Positions 1-11,335 of a stretch of DNA of 64,000 nucleotides are shown here, in pieces. Numbering within the stretch: position 1 is the first letter of the stretch; each line of letters opens with the position of its first letter. A model generated the notes under the pieces. That model saw only the letters and a list, made by a program, of their open reading frames with translations. It made no database searches and was not told the origin of the DNA. Where the stretch lies: the NCBI GenBank assembly GCA_963514005.1, contig OY740797.1:19778001-19842000 (forward strand), written 5' to 3'. The position numbers and the translations under genes are program-made. The stretch comes from Raja brachyura. Its lineage: Eukaryota.

Positions 1-1562
1 GTGGATTCATTTAAAGAGTCTGGTAATTTTCCTTGTTCATATGCATGTCTATACACTGTATGTAGTCTTGGAGAGATCAGATCTTGAAATTTTTAATAAA
101 ATTCTGCACTCAGGCCGTCAGGCCCCGCAGCTTTTCCATTCTTTAATGAACCAATTGATTCTGCGATATCTTTCACTGATATTTCAGCATTTAACAAATG
201 TCTCCCTTCCTGATCTAAACTCTTAATTTGACATTCTTGTAGAAATGTTTCCATTCCATCTGTTTGTCCTGTTAATTTTGATGAGTAAAGATTTTGGTAA
301 TATTGTAAAAATCTATCATTAATATCTTTTGGTATGGTCAGTATATTTCCTTGCATTGATCTGATTCCATGTATCGTTTTTTCATCGTCTAATTTTCTTA
401 ATTGTCGTGCTAGCAATTTATGCGGTTTATCTCCAAATTCAAAATGCACTTGTTTGGTTTGTTGAAAAGGTTTGATGACTTGATTAGAGTATATTTTATT
501 TAGTCTATACTTTGCTATTGCAATTTTATTACTTAACTCCTTAGAAGGGTGTTTTATATTCTCATTGTCTAGTTGTTTTATCTCCATTTCTAACTTCTGT
601 TCCCTCTTTCGGTTTTCTTTATTAAAATATGCTTGTGCCGATATTATTGCACCACGCATGAATGCCTTAAATGTATCCCAAAGTAACAATGGTGAAATTT
701 CAGGTGTGTCGTTTGTCTCAAAGAATAATTTAATCTGTTCTGTCACATGATTACAACAATCCTTGTCCTTCAGTATCTGAGGACTAAATCTCCAAGTCAT
801 AGTTTTATTAGATATATCTTTTAGTTTTATCTTAAATGTTAATGGTGCATGATCTGAAATAATAATATTGTGATATTTTGCATTGTACGTAAAGGGAAGC
901 AGTTTTGAGTCTATTAAAAAGTAATCTATCCTCGAGTAGGTTCCGAATACGGGCGAGAAAAAAGAATATTCTCGTCCGGATGGGTTCTCTAATCTCCAAA
1001 TATCCTTAACGTTAGTTGAGTTAATGAAAGAATTTATAAGTTTACTTGAATTAGAAATAGCTTTCCTTTTTGTTGAGGATCTGTCTAAGTAGTTATCCAA
1101 AGTGCAGTTTAAATCACCCCCAATTATTAAATTATGTTGAGTGGATATAGGAATATTATTGAATATTTTCTTGAAAAATAATGGGTTATCGAAATTAGGA
1201 GCATATATATTCATAAGAATTACTTTTTTTGAGTATAATTCCCCTGTAATTATTACATATCTGCCCTCTTTATCTTCTATTATAGAACTTTGTTTAAAAG
1301 GTATACCTTTACGAATAATTATTGCAACTCCCCTAGATTTATGTATAAATGAAGAATGATATACCTTTGAAATCCATTTAGCTGTTAATCTATATTGATC
1401 ATCTCTTTTGAGATGCGTCTCTTGGAGGAAAATAACGTCTGATTTCAATCTATTCAGCTGCGCTAACACCTTACCCCTTTTAATTGGTTCATTAATTCCC
1501 TTAACATTCCAACTACAGAAAGTGATTCCATCATCCCCAGTCTTCAAATTCATATCTTGCAT
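1..1562 (-). pseudogene. L1 ORF2 (APE endonuclease plus start of RT) with one in-frame nonsense codon
   Basis: Motifs SWNVKG, FLQETH, NIYAPN, GGDLN, SRIDYF, SDHAP and KAAGPDG. TAA at 93-95 is followed by an in-frame continuation (EFY*KFQDLISPRL...QGKLPDSLNES). Confidence 0.92.
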
Positions 1563-2174
1563 TTTAGTGTTAGGGTGGTTTTTTTTGGAGTAGCCCTCTC
1601 GGCCCCTCCAGCTCAACAAGGCACCCAAACGCCAATCCGACGAAAATTACCAATCTCAATAATCCATATCCATGTCTATCTAAAATAGTTATACGGTATT
1701 GTTCATAATTGCATTCATATAATATATAACATAAATTCAAATACTTAATATATTAAAAAAAATGGAAATTATGTGAAAAAAGAAAAAAAGAGTGTTAAAA
1801 GGGTGCCCAAAGAAAAAAAAGACTACACTGATAGATTGTGTAGTGTGTGTTAGTGAACGCCACACTAACGTGGCGATTAATCTAATGACTTCCGTGTTTA
1901 AAAAAGATGTTAAATATTCCAGCTCCCAACTAGAATACTGTGTATATTGGGGTGGGGTACTAACTTTAAGGATTTAGTAATTATTTCTATTATTCATGAA
2001 ACTATTTATTAATTACTATTCTATTGTAATTAGTATTATAATAAATAATACTATGTTAGGGGAATTATTGAAATTCTACAAATTGATACCAAACCACTAC
2101 TACATTCCCATTATTTTCCCGCTTTCTCAATGAATAATTCATAACCGCAGGTTAATGATAAAAGTCCAAAATGT

Positions 2175-3308
2175 TCAGTCGTCGTCTTCTTCCTCCCGTG
2201 ATTCATCGTCTGCTTCCTCCTCTTCTGCCTTCTTCTGTATGCCTTGAGCGAACTTCAATGCATCAGTATGCTTAACGAAGCGGTGTTCCTCGTTGTCATA
2301 GGTCACTCTCAGTGTTGCTGGGTACATCAAGCCATATCTGAGATCCACTGTATTCTTTAAATTCCGTAGAATGCCTCTTGTTTCAGTGAATAAGGATCTT
2401 CTCTTAGCAACTTCCGCTGGGTAATCTCTGAAGATACTAATGTTATTTCCTTCGTATTTCAAATTTCTCTTTCTCATTATTATCTTCATCATATCTTCAA
2501 AGACATGATCATACACCACCTTTACAATCATTTGTCTGGGTGGTGCACCTCTTCCAGGGACCCGTCTTAAAGCCCTGTGGGCACGGCCCAACAGTGGTTC
2601 TTCATCCAATTCCAAAATGTCTTTTAGGAGTTTTGCAACAAATTTTCGTGGATCTTGATTTCCTTCACAACCTTCGGTCAATCCTACAATTCGCAAATTC
2701 TTACGTCTTTGTCGGCCCTCCAAATCAATACATTTCTCATTTATTTTGCGAAGTAGTTCTGAGAGGCGTTTATTCTCGGCAAGTAACTTCTCGGTTTCCT
2801 TGGCACTTTTTACAGCAAAATCAGCCAAATCTTTAAGTGTATCATTGTGTTGGTCAATTGTAATGGTAATAGGATCTATCTTATCATTCAGCATTTGTTC
2901 CAACCCAGCAACCTTGGCGTTTATCTCAGAGAATCGGTTTTGAAATTCAGCCTCCGTCTTACTTTTCCATTCGCTCATCATAATCTTTACCGTCTCGGTA
3001 ACTTCTTTTGTTAATTCCACTTTAATTCTCTCATGAGACACCAGAATCTCCGCTTTTAGATTTTTTATTTCATCTTTATATTCTTTCTTCATGTCTTTAA
3101 ATTCATCTTTATATTCCTTCTTCAGATCTTTTATTTCTTTCACCAGTTTCTTCATCTCACCTATCATGGAATTTTTGAACTCTTCCATTTCCACTTTTCT
3201 CTGTGAGATCTCTTCCTGGGAGGCAGTCAGACTCGAGCCCGAGGCTTTGGTGGTGCCAGCCTCTCTTCTTAGGCCCGTTTTCTTCGGGGGAGGGGAGGAG
3301 TGCTGCAT
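2175..3308 (-). CDS. L1 ORF1p (coiled coil plus RRM/CTD, Transposase_22-like)
   Basis: Intact 377-aa ORF: heptad-rich N-half, then DLEGRQRRKNLRIVGLTEG, RAHR, IFRDYP and YGLMYPATLRV motifs. Confidence 0.93.
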   Translation of the reverse strand: MQHSSPPPKKTGLRREAGTTKASGSSLTASQEEISQRKVEMEEFKNSMIGEMKKLVKEIKDLKKEYKDEFKDMKKEYKDEIKNLKAEILVSHERIKVELTKEVTETVKIMMSEWKSKTEAEFQNRFSEINAKVAGLEQMLNDKIDPITITIDQHNDTLKDLADFAVKSAKETEKLLAENKRLSELLRKINEKCIDLEGRQRRKNLRIVGLTEGCEGNQDPRKFVAKLLKDILELDEEPLLGRAHRALRRVPGRGAPPRQMIVKVVYDHVFEDMMKIIMRKRNLKYEGNNISIFRDYPAEVAKRRSLFTETRGILRNLKNTVDLRYGLMYPATLRVTYDNEEHRFVKHTDALKFAQGIQKKAEEEEADDESREEEDDD

Positions 3309-3495
3309 TTTAAATTTCTTACCGAAGTCGCGCGCCTGATGACGTCACGCAGCCTTCAATCACACCGGAGCCGTTTTTAATCGATCTCCTGCGGTAAGTA
3401 GCGTTAGCACCCTCCTTTAGCCCCGTTTTTTTTGCAGATTTTTACGGAGCTGATCTGGCGCTGTTCTCCCCTAGAACATGGCGCCACCGGAAGTC

Positions 3496-4375
3496 TTAGC
3501 TTTTAATTCTGTAAGAGAACAAGATACTGCCAGTAAATAGTTCCTTAAGAATACATCACTGCCCTCTATGGTGGGTATTCATTCTATCTTTCCCAACGAA
3601 GGTAACCCAAACAACATTTCATAGGGGGATACTGCTAACTTTGCATGGGGTCTCTGTTGCTTTTCTCAAAGCCTTCCTGTTTCCCTACTGCTCCAAACAT
3701 GTGCCAGACTCTATGTACATATGCTGCTCTTAAAGCCTTAATTTCTGCCAACTGAGCTAAGCAAGATTGCAGACAAGCTTCCAATTTGATTACCTTAAAG
3801 TCTAATTCATCCTGATGCACCACTTCAAACCCTGCATACTTGCTATTATGATCCCTTTAACAAGAAACATCCACAAGCAAAACCTTTTTGTCCCCTTCAT
3901 TCAAAGGCTCCGACTGTAAAACATTTCTCAGACTTGTATGTCCTTCTTCCTTCATTATTTTCCTTAATGGCATCACAATTTCAACATACTTTCCAATCTA
4001 GTCTGAACTATATCCTGCCATTCCCAGATCATCATCATCTGTCCTACTGTCTGAGGTTTGGGAACTTCAATTATCACTTCAATTTGATCCTGCTCTATGG
4101 CTTTTAGTTCTTTAGATATTACTCGTCCAAAATATTCTACCTGCTGCTGACAAAACAACAACTACTTCCTTGATACTTTATGACCTCCTGTGCCATCTTT
4201 TCCAAGATAATTACAATGTCTCTCTCACATTGCTTCTCACTTGTGGAGCAAACCAACAAATCATCCACATACTATATCAACACCTTCCAAATCTGCCTTT
4301 AACATCTGATTAAAAACATGGGGCTAGTATTTAAAACCTGCTGCATCCTAACCTAGGTGTATTTAATACCTCTTC
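3496..4375 (-). pseudogene. pol: Retroviral pol fragments (RT core, RNase H, integrase C-terminus) with large deletions
   Basis: VFNQMLKADLE..LI*YVDDLLVCST; FCQQQVEYFGRVIS..PKPQTVGQMM; AQLAEIKALRAA; VSPYEMLFGLP..FLRNYLLAVS. Confidence 0.85.
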
Positions 4376-4399
4376 TTTATGTTCGTACCATAGCTATGT

Positions 4400-5760
4400 T
4401 CACCATTATCTTAATTATTATTATTATTTCTTGATTACCATACCTGTCCACATCCCCAACACATCTTATCCATTACCTGTCTCCTTACTAGCCTTTCTTG
4501 ACCTCCTCTTTGAGATCCCTCCCTCCCTTGGGGACCCCAGTCTAGTCTGGTCTTATATCCAGATTTATTTCACTCCTGATAGGGCATTTGAGGAAACACT
4601 CTCCCAAATACATTTATTATTGGCATGGAATTCTCTGGCCCCTGTTTGGCTGTCATAGGACTCACTGTGTGTCGGTGCATCAATTATTTCAGACTTTTCA
4701 ACCAGGTCAACATTGTCTTTCCTTTTTCACACTCTTTCTTTTTGAGCTCTTCAAGTTACACTTGCATCATTTTTCTCTGCACCTCTTCCTGCTGGTCTGC
4801 AAATCTTTTTCCTATCTTTGCAATATTTCTCAACCTCATTGACCAAATGCTCACTGAATCAGGGGTGGGAAATAGATGACAATCCCTCCACCTCCTCCAA
4901 TCTAGACTTGACTTTAGAAGGAATGACATCCACCACAGTGGTTCAGAACATAGTGTTCATTAACTGGTTGCCTTCTATTTCTTGTTCAGTTTCCAGTCTC
5001 AACCTTTTCAGCTTGTTCTCCAGATAGGCTGCTGGATTATTGTCTGAGGGCCTGCCATAGCCTCTGCCCGACTGTGTCAAACAGCGTGCCATTGTTTGTT
5101 GCATTGTTCACAGCATTTTTATATCAGCCATCTTCAGGAGTTCTGTCAGTTTAGTGGTTCCTATCACTTTCACCAACAGTGCCTTCAAATCTCCCATAGC
5201 CAATAATCGCCCCACGTTCTCCTCCTCCAAAGCCATAATCCATTGCCTGCCCCATCAGGAATATTGGGTAAGGTATTTTTTAGCCCTCTCAGATTATGAG
5301 TGCCCCAAAGGATAATCTGTGTCTGGCCTGCTCTTATCATTTTAAAGCACTCATCAATTTATCCCTCTGCTTCCCACTTTAATCCTTTCTGATATGCTTT
5401 CTTTCTCATTCTAAACTCAATTTCTCACTTCTCAGATACTTTATCCTACTTTTCAAATGTATTCACCTTTCTTTTAAAATCTTCCACTAACTCCTCCTGA
5501 TTTATTACTTTCACACCTGTCGTTTCCTACTTCTGTTACCTCCTCACTGCCTCTCTCTCCTTTCTCTCTAAACTGCCTAAGTACATCTAATTTATTTGCT
5601 CTCCCCTTTTCCCACCTTTCCACCTTATCTGTGACATATAATTCGTAATTAACACTTCCATCTTGTCACACATTTATCTTGAAAGTGCCTTCCTTGGGCC
5701 ACTTCCTCACAACAGTTTCTGAAAATCTCAGCAAACAATCATTACCCTTCTCCAACCAGA
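4400..5760 (-). pseudogene. gag: Second, epsilon-like/fish-type retroviral gag (decayed)
   Basis: WPKEGTF at 5681-5701 and LPNIPDGAG.WIMALEEENVGRLLAMGDLKALLVKVIG at about 5160-5280. Many stops and indels. Confidence 0.7.
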
Positions 5761-6229
5761 ATGCTTATCTAAACAAACCACAAAAGCTGGTCATGTTTCA
5801 GCAATTAACTTATTTCCAATTATTTCAATCCATTCTTACCACTATTTAGTACTAGTAACAATTTTCCAAATAGCTTTACTGAAAAGAAATCTATAGACAC
5901 ATCAGCAAAACCAAGCAATCTACATTTTCCAACTTTACCCTTTTAAGTTGTGATGATACAAAGCGTTGTTCGTTACCTTACAGCTGTTCATAACCTCCCC
6001 CATTGCTTACAATTTCTTAAAGGAACACACACACACCTACCCTTACAGCATGTGGCCTACAACAAACAAACTTATCACATGCATGAACTTCCTCATTCAT
6101 GCAAAATCGGTTTTTACACACAAATCATATTCATTCCATTCTTACTTCAATGAAATTATGCAATTTCCTATACAGATTAAAGTTCCAAAATTAACATTTA
6201 TATAATTCTTATTGCTACTCTACCTTCTG

Positions 6230-6587
6230 CTATTCTATAATATTTTGCACTAACTCCTCATGTACCTGACCAATCTGTATATGAGTTTCTTCTATAGATT
6301 GTGTGAAACAACTTAATATTTCTTTCATGTGCTTAAGATGAGCTTCAATTTCCTGAAATTTCTTTGAAGTTTCTGTCAATTTTTGTTCAAAATCTGTTTT
6401 TCCACATATAATTTATAGGTTTCTGTAGCTTTTTTTTAGATTTGACAGTTGCCTTTTCTATTTCTTTCTGTGTTGCTCCTTCCTTTTTTAACTTTTCGTA
6501 CTCAAAACATTTGGCACTGTGATTTTCCTTAGATTTTTGCAATGTTTGAGTGATACTCTGAATATTCTGTACAGCATCCAAAGTGCC
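6230..6587 (-). pseudogene. FCHO2: Intronless FCHO2-like (F-BAR domain) host gene fragment inside the ERV
   Basis: [52 protein letters not shown] / [11 protein letters not shown] / [51 protein letters not shown] is colinear with the vertebrate FCHO2 F-BAR sequence as I recall it. It has two frame disruptions. Confidence 0.88.
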
Positions 6588-6825
6588 CAATCCTTATCGG
6601 AGCGCAGCTGTGGCCACCAGACTGAACTCCCCCATATTGGTTCCTTTGGTTAATCAAAATAACAGAACTTAATCATAATCTCCTTATCTTTACCCCTGGA
6701 GCTTCCTTCTCCCCAAGATTGCCACATTCGCCCCAACGGACTATCAGGCGGAATGTGCGGCTCTTCACCATTGAGCCTTTTTATTTTCCCCCCGGACTCT
6801 TACTTTTCCCGTTCCGGTTATCCAT
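6588..6825 (-). pseudogene. gag: Gamma-like retroviral Gag matrix N-terminus (decayed)
   Basis: ATG at 6825 (MDNRNGKSK), then across one frameshift and stops [59 protein letters not shown]. Confidence 0.8.
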
Positions 6826-7086
6826 TGTCTTATCGGACTATTCCCGTCCGACAGACCCCCGGTCGCCCGGGCAATACTTAATAGTCAGTTTTCTTACCCG
6901 GGTCCTGTGCACAAGAATCGCTTGACCGTCCCTTTTTTGCCGACACTCCCTCTTGTTTCCCGAGTCTCTTGCCCGGATATCACTCGCTCAAACCGCTGAT
7001 GACAAGCAAGGAGATCAGAGACTGCTGAAATCAGCAGGGTGCACCTTCCCTTCCTTCCATGCCTCCGCCGAGCGGCCGAAGTGGCG

Positions 7087-7104
7087 ATCGCGGACGAGCC
7101 CCCA
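7087..7104 (-). promoter_or_regulatory. Primer binding site, tRNA-Pro
   Basis: TGGGGGCTCGTCCGCGAT matches the MLV-type PBS-Pro TGGGGGCTCGTCCGGGAT at 17 of 18 positions. Confidence 0.92.
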
Positions 7105-7107
7105 GCT

Positions 7108-7667
7108 TGTGAGATATAGTTTGTGCTCACAATCACTACTCAGAGACTAAATCGTGGAAACTAGAAATGCTTTATTTGCAAGTCTGCAGAATCGGGTGTC
7201 TCTCCAAGTTGAGACACACCAAGCAAAGTAAAAACGTCTATTTTTATACAATTCATTGTACAATCTTTATTGATCGGACACCTCCCCTTCTGACCCCTTC
7301 CAATCAGGGTACTGAGGTTCACAATCTTCCAACCCTCCCCTCCGTGCGTCATCAATCATTCCCTCTTCTCCCACATCATACATCGCATGTACATTTAAAT
7401 TAGGTTCTTTGTCATGAGGGGCGTAAAGTTAATATTCATTTATTTCATTAAGCATGCTCAGTCGCTTTTGCCCTAACCTATTTTATTGCCTTTGACCTAA
7501 AGACTAGCTTCTGTGTTGTCAGCTACATTCCTTACCTCATCTTGTTATTCTACAATGTTATCAACAGCTCTGAAGGACAGTAACAGTTTGTTCGAATCAC
7601 AAGGTTGGTGATTCCAACTATTCGGCCCATCACAAGGTTGGTGGTTACAACCACTCGGCCCCTCACA
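7108..7667 (-). repeat. 5' LTR of the ERV (about 560 bp)
   Basis: Minus strand starts TGTGAG and ends CTCACA (6-bp terminal inverted repeat). TATAAAAA at 7241-7248, AATAAA at 7171-7176, a U3 direct repeat around 7597-7660, and the PBS 3 nt downstream. Confidence 0.85.
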
Positions 7668-7689
7668 ATGATGGTGGTTTAATCATCTT

Positions 7690-8170
7690 ATCCCTCACAT
7701 GCGTTTGGCCCATATCCTTGAAACCTGTCCCATCCACGTACCTGTCTAAATGTTTCTTAAACGTTGCGCCAGTGCCTTCCTCAATGACCTTCTCTGGCAG
7801 CTGTTCCATATACCTACCGCCCTTTGTGAAAATGTCACCCCTCAGATTCCTATTAGATGTTTCCCCCCTCACCTAAAAACTATGGACTATGGTTCTTGAT
7901 TCACCTACTCTGGGGAGAGAATCTGTGCGTCTGTACGATCTATTCCTCTCATGATTTTATTTACCTCAGTATTCATCCTCCTTCTCTGCCAGGAATAGAG
8001 TCCAATCTTGCTCAACCTATCCCTTTCGCTCAGTCCTAGCAACATCTTCGTATATCTTTTCTGCACTCTTTCCAGCTTGACAACATATTTCTTAAAACAT
8101 GATGCCCAACATTGAACACAATACTCTAAATACGGCTTCACCAACGTCTTATGCTACGACAACATGGACT
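7690..8170 (-). mobile_element. CR1 LINE 3' fragment
   Basis: LVKPYLEYCVQCWA..LERVQKRYTKML is typical of the CR1 ORF2 C-terminus. Confidence 0.85.
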
Positions 8171-8665
8171 CGAAACGTCTGTATTGAATGCTTCCAATGT
8201 GCCTTCTGTCGGTTCAGCGACAAAGTTCCTCCTGTAGTTTATGTCCACGCAGTCGCATTTCATAACAGCTGATAAACTATAAACCATGGCTTGATTTGCA
8301 AAAGCAAGTGATTTAATGAAAGGAACGTTATTTCATTTTAAAATGTAATTAATTGGCATTTGGTTTGAAATGAGTTGCGAAATGTTCATGAAGTTTCGCC
8401 ATCTGTAATGTTGTTTGCAAGCATCCTAAATAAACGAGCGCAGGTGATTAGTTTTGCTATCCGCTTTCAACTGCTATCGCTTTCGACATTGAACTCTCGG
8501 GAAATTGACATGTTCAGCGACAATTTCTGCAATTTATCATAATGCCTAATGTGAAAACGAACGTTTCACTATCCTCTCCCGTACCTGTGATCTCGATCGT
8601 TGTTTGACTGCATGCAGTGGATACAAAGGAACAATACCTCGAACCCGTAATTCCTTCGAATCGTA

Positions 8666-9430
8666 GTTGACTTTTTTTGTTTTTCGGAGTCCTAGCCTTA
8701 TTTTATGTGGGAGTGGAGGAGGGGAAGGGGGAAACCGCTTTCTAGGGTCCATACCTGGTCGGAGAGGCAGCTTTTCTCCGGGCTGCACCGTCGACCCGTC
8801 CTCGCGGCCTACCAGCGGGCCTGGAGCGGCGTTTCCTGGGGGTGGGGGCGCCCAGAGCCACGGCTTCGGCAGCGGCTCAGCGCTGGAGCACCATCGTGGA
8901 GCGGAGCGGGCGATGCCTTGCCTGGGTCGCCGCGCTGGAGCTCCGGTGAGCTGAAGACCGCAGGTGAACATCGCGGAGCTGCGGGGCGGGCGGCGGCGCT
9001 GAAATTTAAATCGGGACCCTGGGATCTCTCGGCGAGATCACCAGTTGTGGAGCTCCATCCAGCGCGGCCTGTTGGCGTCGGAAGCCGCGGTCTCCAGCAA
9101 GGAAGCGGCCGTCACAGGCACCCTGAACCGCTGAGAGGGTTCTCCCACCGCCGGAGCACCATCACCCGGCGAAGAAGGGCCTGGAACATCGGCCCCCATA
9201 GCGGTGACTGTTGGGGCCTCAATAGGTCCGACTATGGGTGAACTGGGGATGGGGTCTAGACTTTGTGCCTTCCCTCTTTGTGGGGGGGGGGGGGGGGGGG
9301 GAGAGATGTTTTTTATGTTTATGTTAAATTCTTTAATGTTATGTCCTATCTTTACCTACGTGCTGCATGGCAAGACAAACTTCATTGCACCAATAGGTGT
9401 ATGTGACAATAAATGTCCTTTGTCCTTATA
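8666..9430 (+). mobile_element. GC-rich non-autonomous retroposon with a LINE-like (Rex-Babar-type) 3' tail
   Basis: Ends with the hairpin CACCAATAGGTG, TGACAATAAA and a short tandem tail. Same architecture as 29805-30580 and 59440-60710. Confidence 0.6.
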
Positions 9431-11335
9431 GTCCACAGAAACGAAGAGTATTTTGGTTGTCAACTTCTCGCTTCCTTTGAAACTTTTGCGTCCGTGCACA
9501 CTGCGGGTTTGCCGTTTTGCTTAGTTGCTGATTTTTTTTATTGTAGTTGGGAAGCTGCGGAACAGCTTATTGGCTCCCCGCCTTTAGTCTGTGAAAGTAA
9601 TTCCATATCGGTCATTAGTCCATCGTTCAGTGACTCGGGAAAGCAATAGTTTTTCTTTCCAATTACATTCTAAGGTACTCAACAATTATAAATTTTAAGT
9701 TGCAGAAAGGTTATATGGATTTTATACCAATATTTTTCTCGATTTTCACATGAGCTTGGTCTACAGAACTCTATCGTAGTTGCGCGGATCCAAGTCTGCG
9801 GCGACCGCCAAACTCCCATTAACCCAAATTCTACGTTATTCTCTTCATATTGTCATTAACCTCTCCTGCGCCCCCAAATTTTAGCAGTCCTCTAACAGAT
9901 AAGCATTTTACAGGGGACAATTAACCCACCATTCCACGCATCTTTGGGATGTGCTAGAAAACAGGAACACCTGCAATAAATCCAAGGGGTCATCAGGAGA
10001 AGGAACAAAGATCAAACAGGCGACATTGAAGGCCAGATTGAGAGATTAGTTAAATTCTTAAACACATACGATACTATCCATGGGAAGTATTAATATTGCA
10101 CAGAGCCGTTTTGATGTATTTGTGTTTGATCGCTGGCAACCAGTTTCATCTGTTAAGACCATGGTGTAAGTTCCCATTCTGAATTTACTGATACACCCCC
10201 ATTTGTCAGTCGGATCACAGATTGTTGCAATTAGCCGGCATGGCCTTTTGGACAGATTGAAATTTGTTACTTTGCTCTCGGACGCTCAGTTTCCTCTCGT
10301 TTTGTCACGAGGGACACATTTCGGTGAATAAACTCAGGTGTTCAAAAAGCAATGGTTCAGGGGAGGAGTGAATACTTGGAATGGAAAGGTGAAATCATTG
10401 TATTTTAAGGCGCAGTTTACACTGGTATAGCCAACTGTCAAATAGATAAATGCTATGGACGTTCTGTTTAATTCCGAATAAAAACGCATATTTTCTCTTT
10501 CCTAGAAATAGAATTGAAATAACCGAACAATCCAAGGATCTTACCATGTTGTGCCGTCCATGCTAATCTGGTCAAAATTATAATCGAAAGTAAAATTACC
10601 AACCCGCCCACTGCACGTGTGAGAATCAGTCTTTTATAAGTACTTTCTGGATTGTGTGAAAAATAAGAAACCGTGAGACATATTAATTATACAGGGAGCT
10701 AATAATGCAGAGTATTGAAAAGTAACGCTTGAACCTACCAAAAAATATTGTAGGAAATACATATTACAACAATTATGGGTTATTGTTTTAATTATCAAGC
10801 AAACGCGTCACGTTACAGAGTAGCTCTTTCTACAGTGGATAATTGATTAAGGTTAATAAGAATATTTCGTTATTTCATATTGTTACACTAGGCAATAGAC
10901 ATCAGTTTTAACAAAAAAGCAGAAGCATTAAACAGTATAATTTGTCATCGATTCACATAATAGGGCATGCGTGCAGATACGGTGAAGATGCGAGGAAGTA
11001 TTGTAGCAATGGGTAATGTAAAATAGGGGGTTAAGAGTGAATTCGAGAACTACGAACACACGCACATGCCATCGTTTGCGACCCGGCCCACAACCGTGGT
11101 GTCATCTGTAAATTTGTAGATGGATATTGAGCCGAATCTGGCCGCGTAGTCCCATATACTCACGATTGTTTACAATGAAATAAGCCGCACATAAATTCAA
11201 GTTGTTCGTTCATCTCAGTCGGAATGCATTGAATGAGGTATTAGCTTTTGAGCAGCTTGCACGTTGGTATTTCACTACAAATAATACAATTCATACTTCT
11301 CTCTCTCGTGTTTGAACAGCTACACAGCTGTATTT

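Larger units (their letters stand above)
1..3495 (-). mobile_element. L1-clade LINE, 5' part (5'UTR, ORF1, spacer, ORF2 N-terminus); continues off the left edge; inserted into the ERV
   Basis: ORF1 and ORF2 lie in tandem on the minus strand. The 5' terminus reads GACTTCCGGTGGCGCCATGTT, the same as the L1 at 47931. Confidence 0.95.
3496..7667 (-). mobile_element. Decayed chimeric class I (gamma/epsilon-like) endogenous retrovirus, interrupted by the L1 at 3495
   Basis: LTR plus PBS-Pro, Gag matrix IPPDSPLGRM, a second gag (WPKEGTF; WIMALEEENVGRLLAMGDLKALL), RT YVDD (4260-4271), RNase H AQLAEIKAL, and integrase C-terminus VSPYEMLFGLP. Confidence 0.9.

Noticed and set aside
6230-6587. Calling this the host FCHO2 gene
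   Set aside because: It is partial, intronless, frameshifted and embedded between retroviral gag sequences.
8546-9241. CpG-island-like region with ORFs as a host gene promoter or first exon (also 29898-30476)
   Set aside because: It shares its architecture and 3' tail with two other dispersed copies, so it is a repeat.
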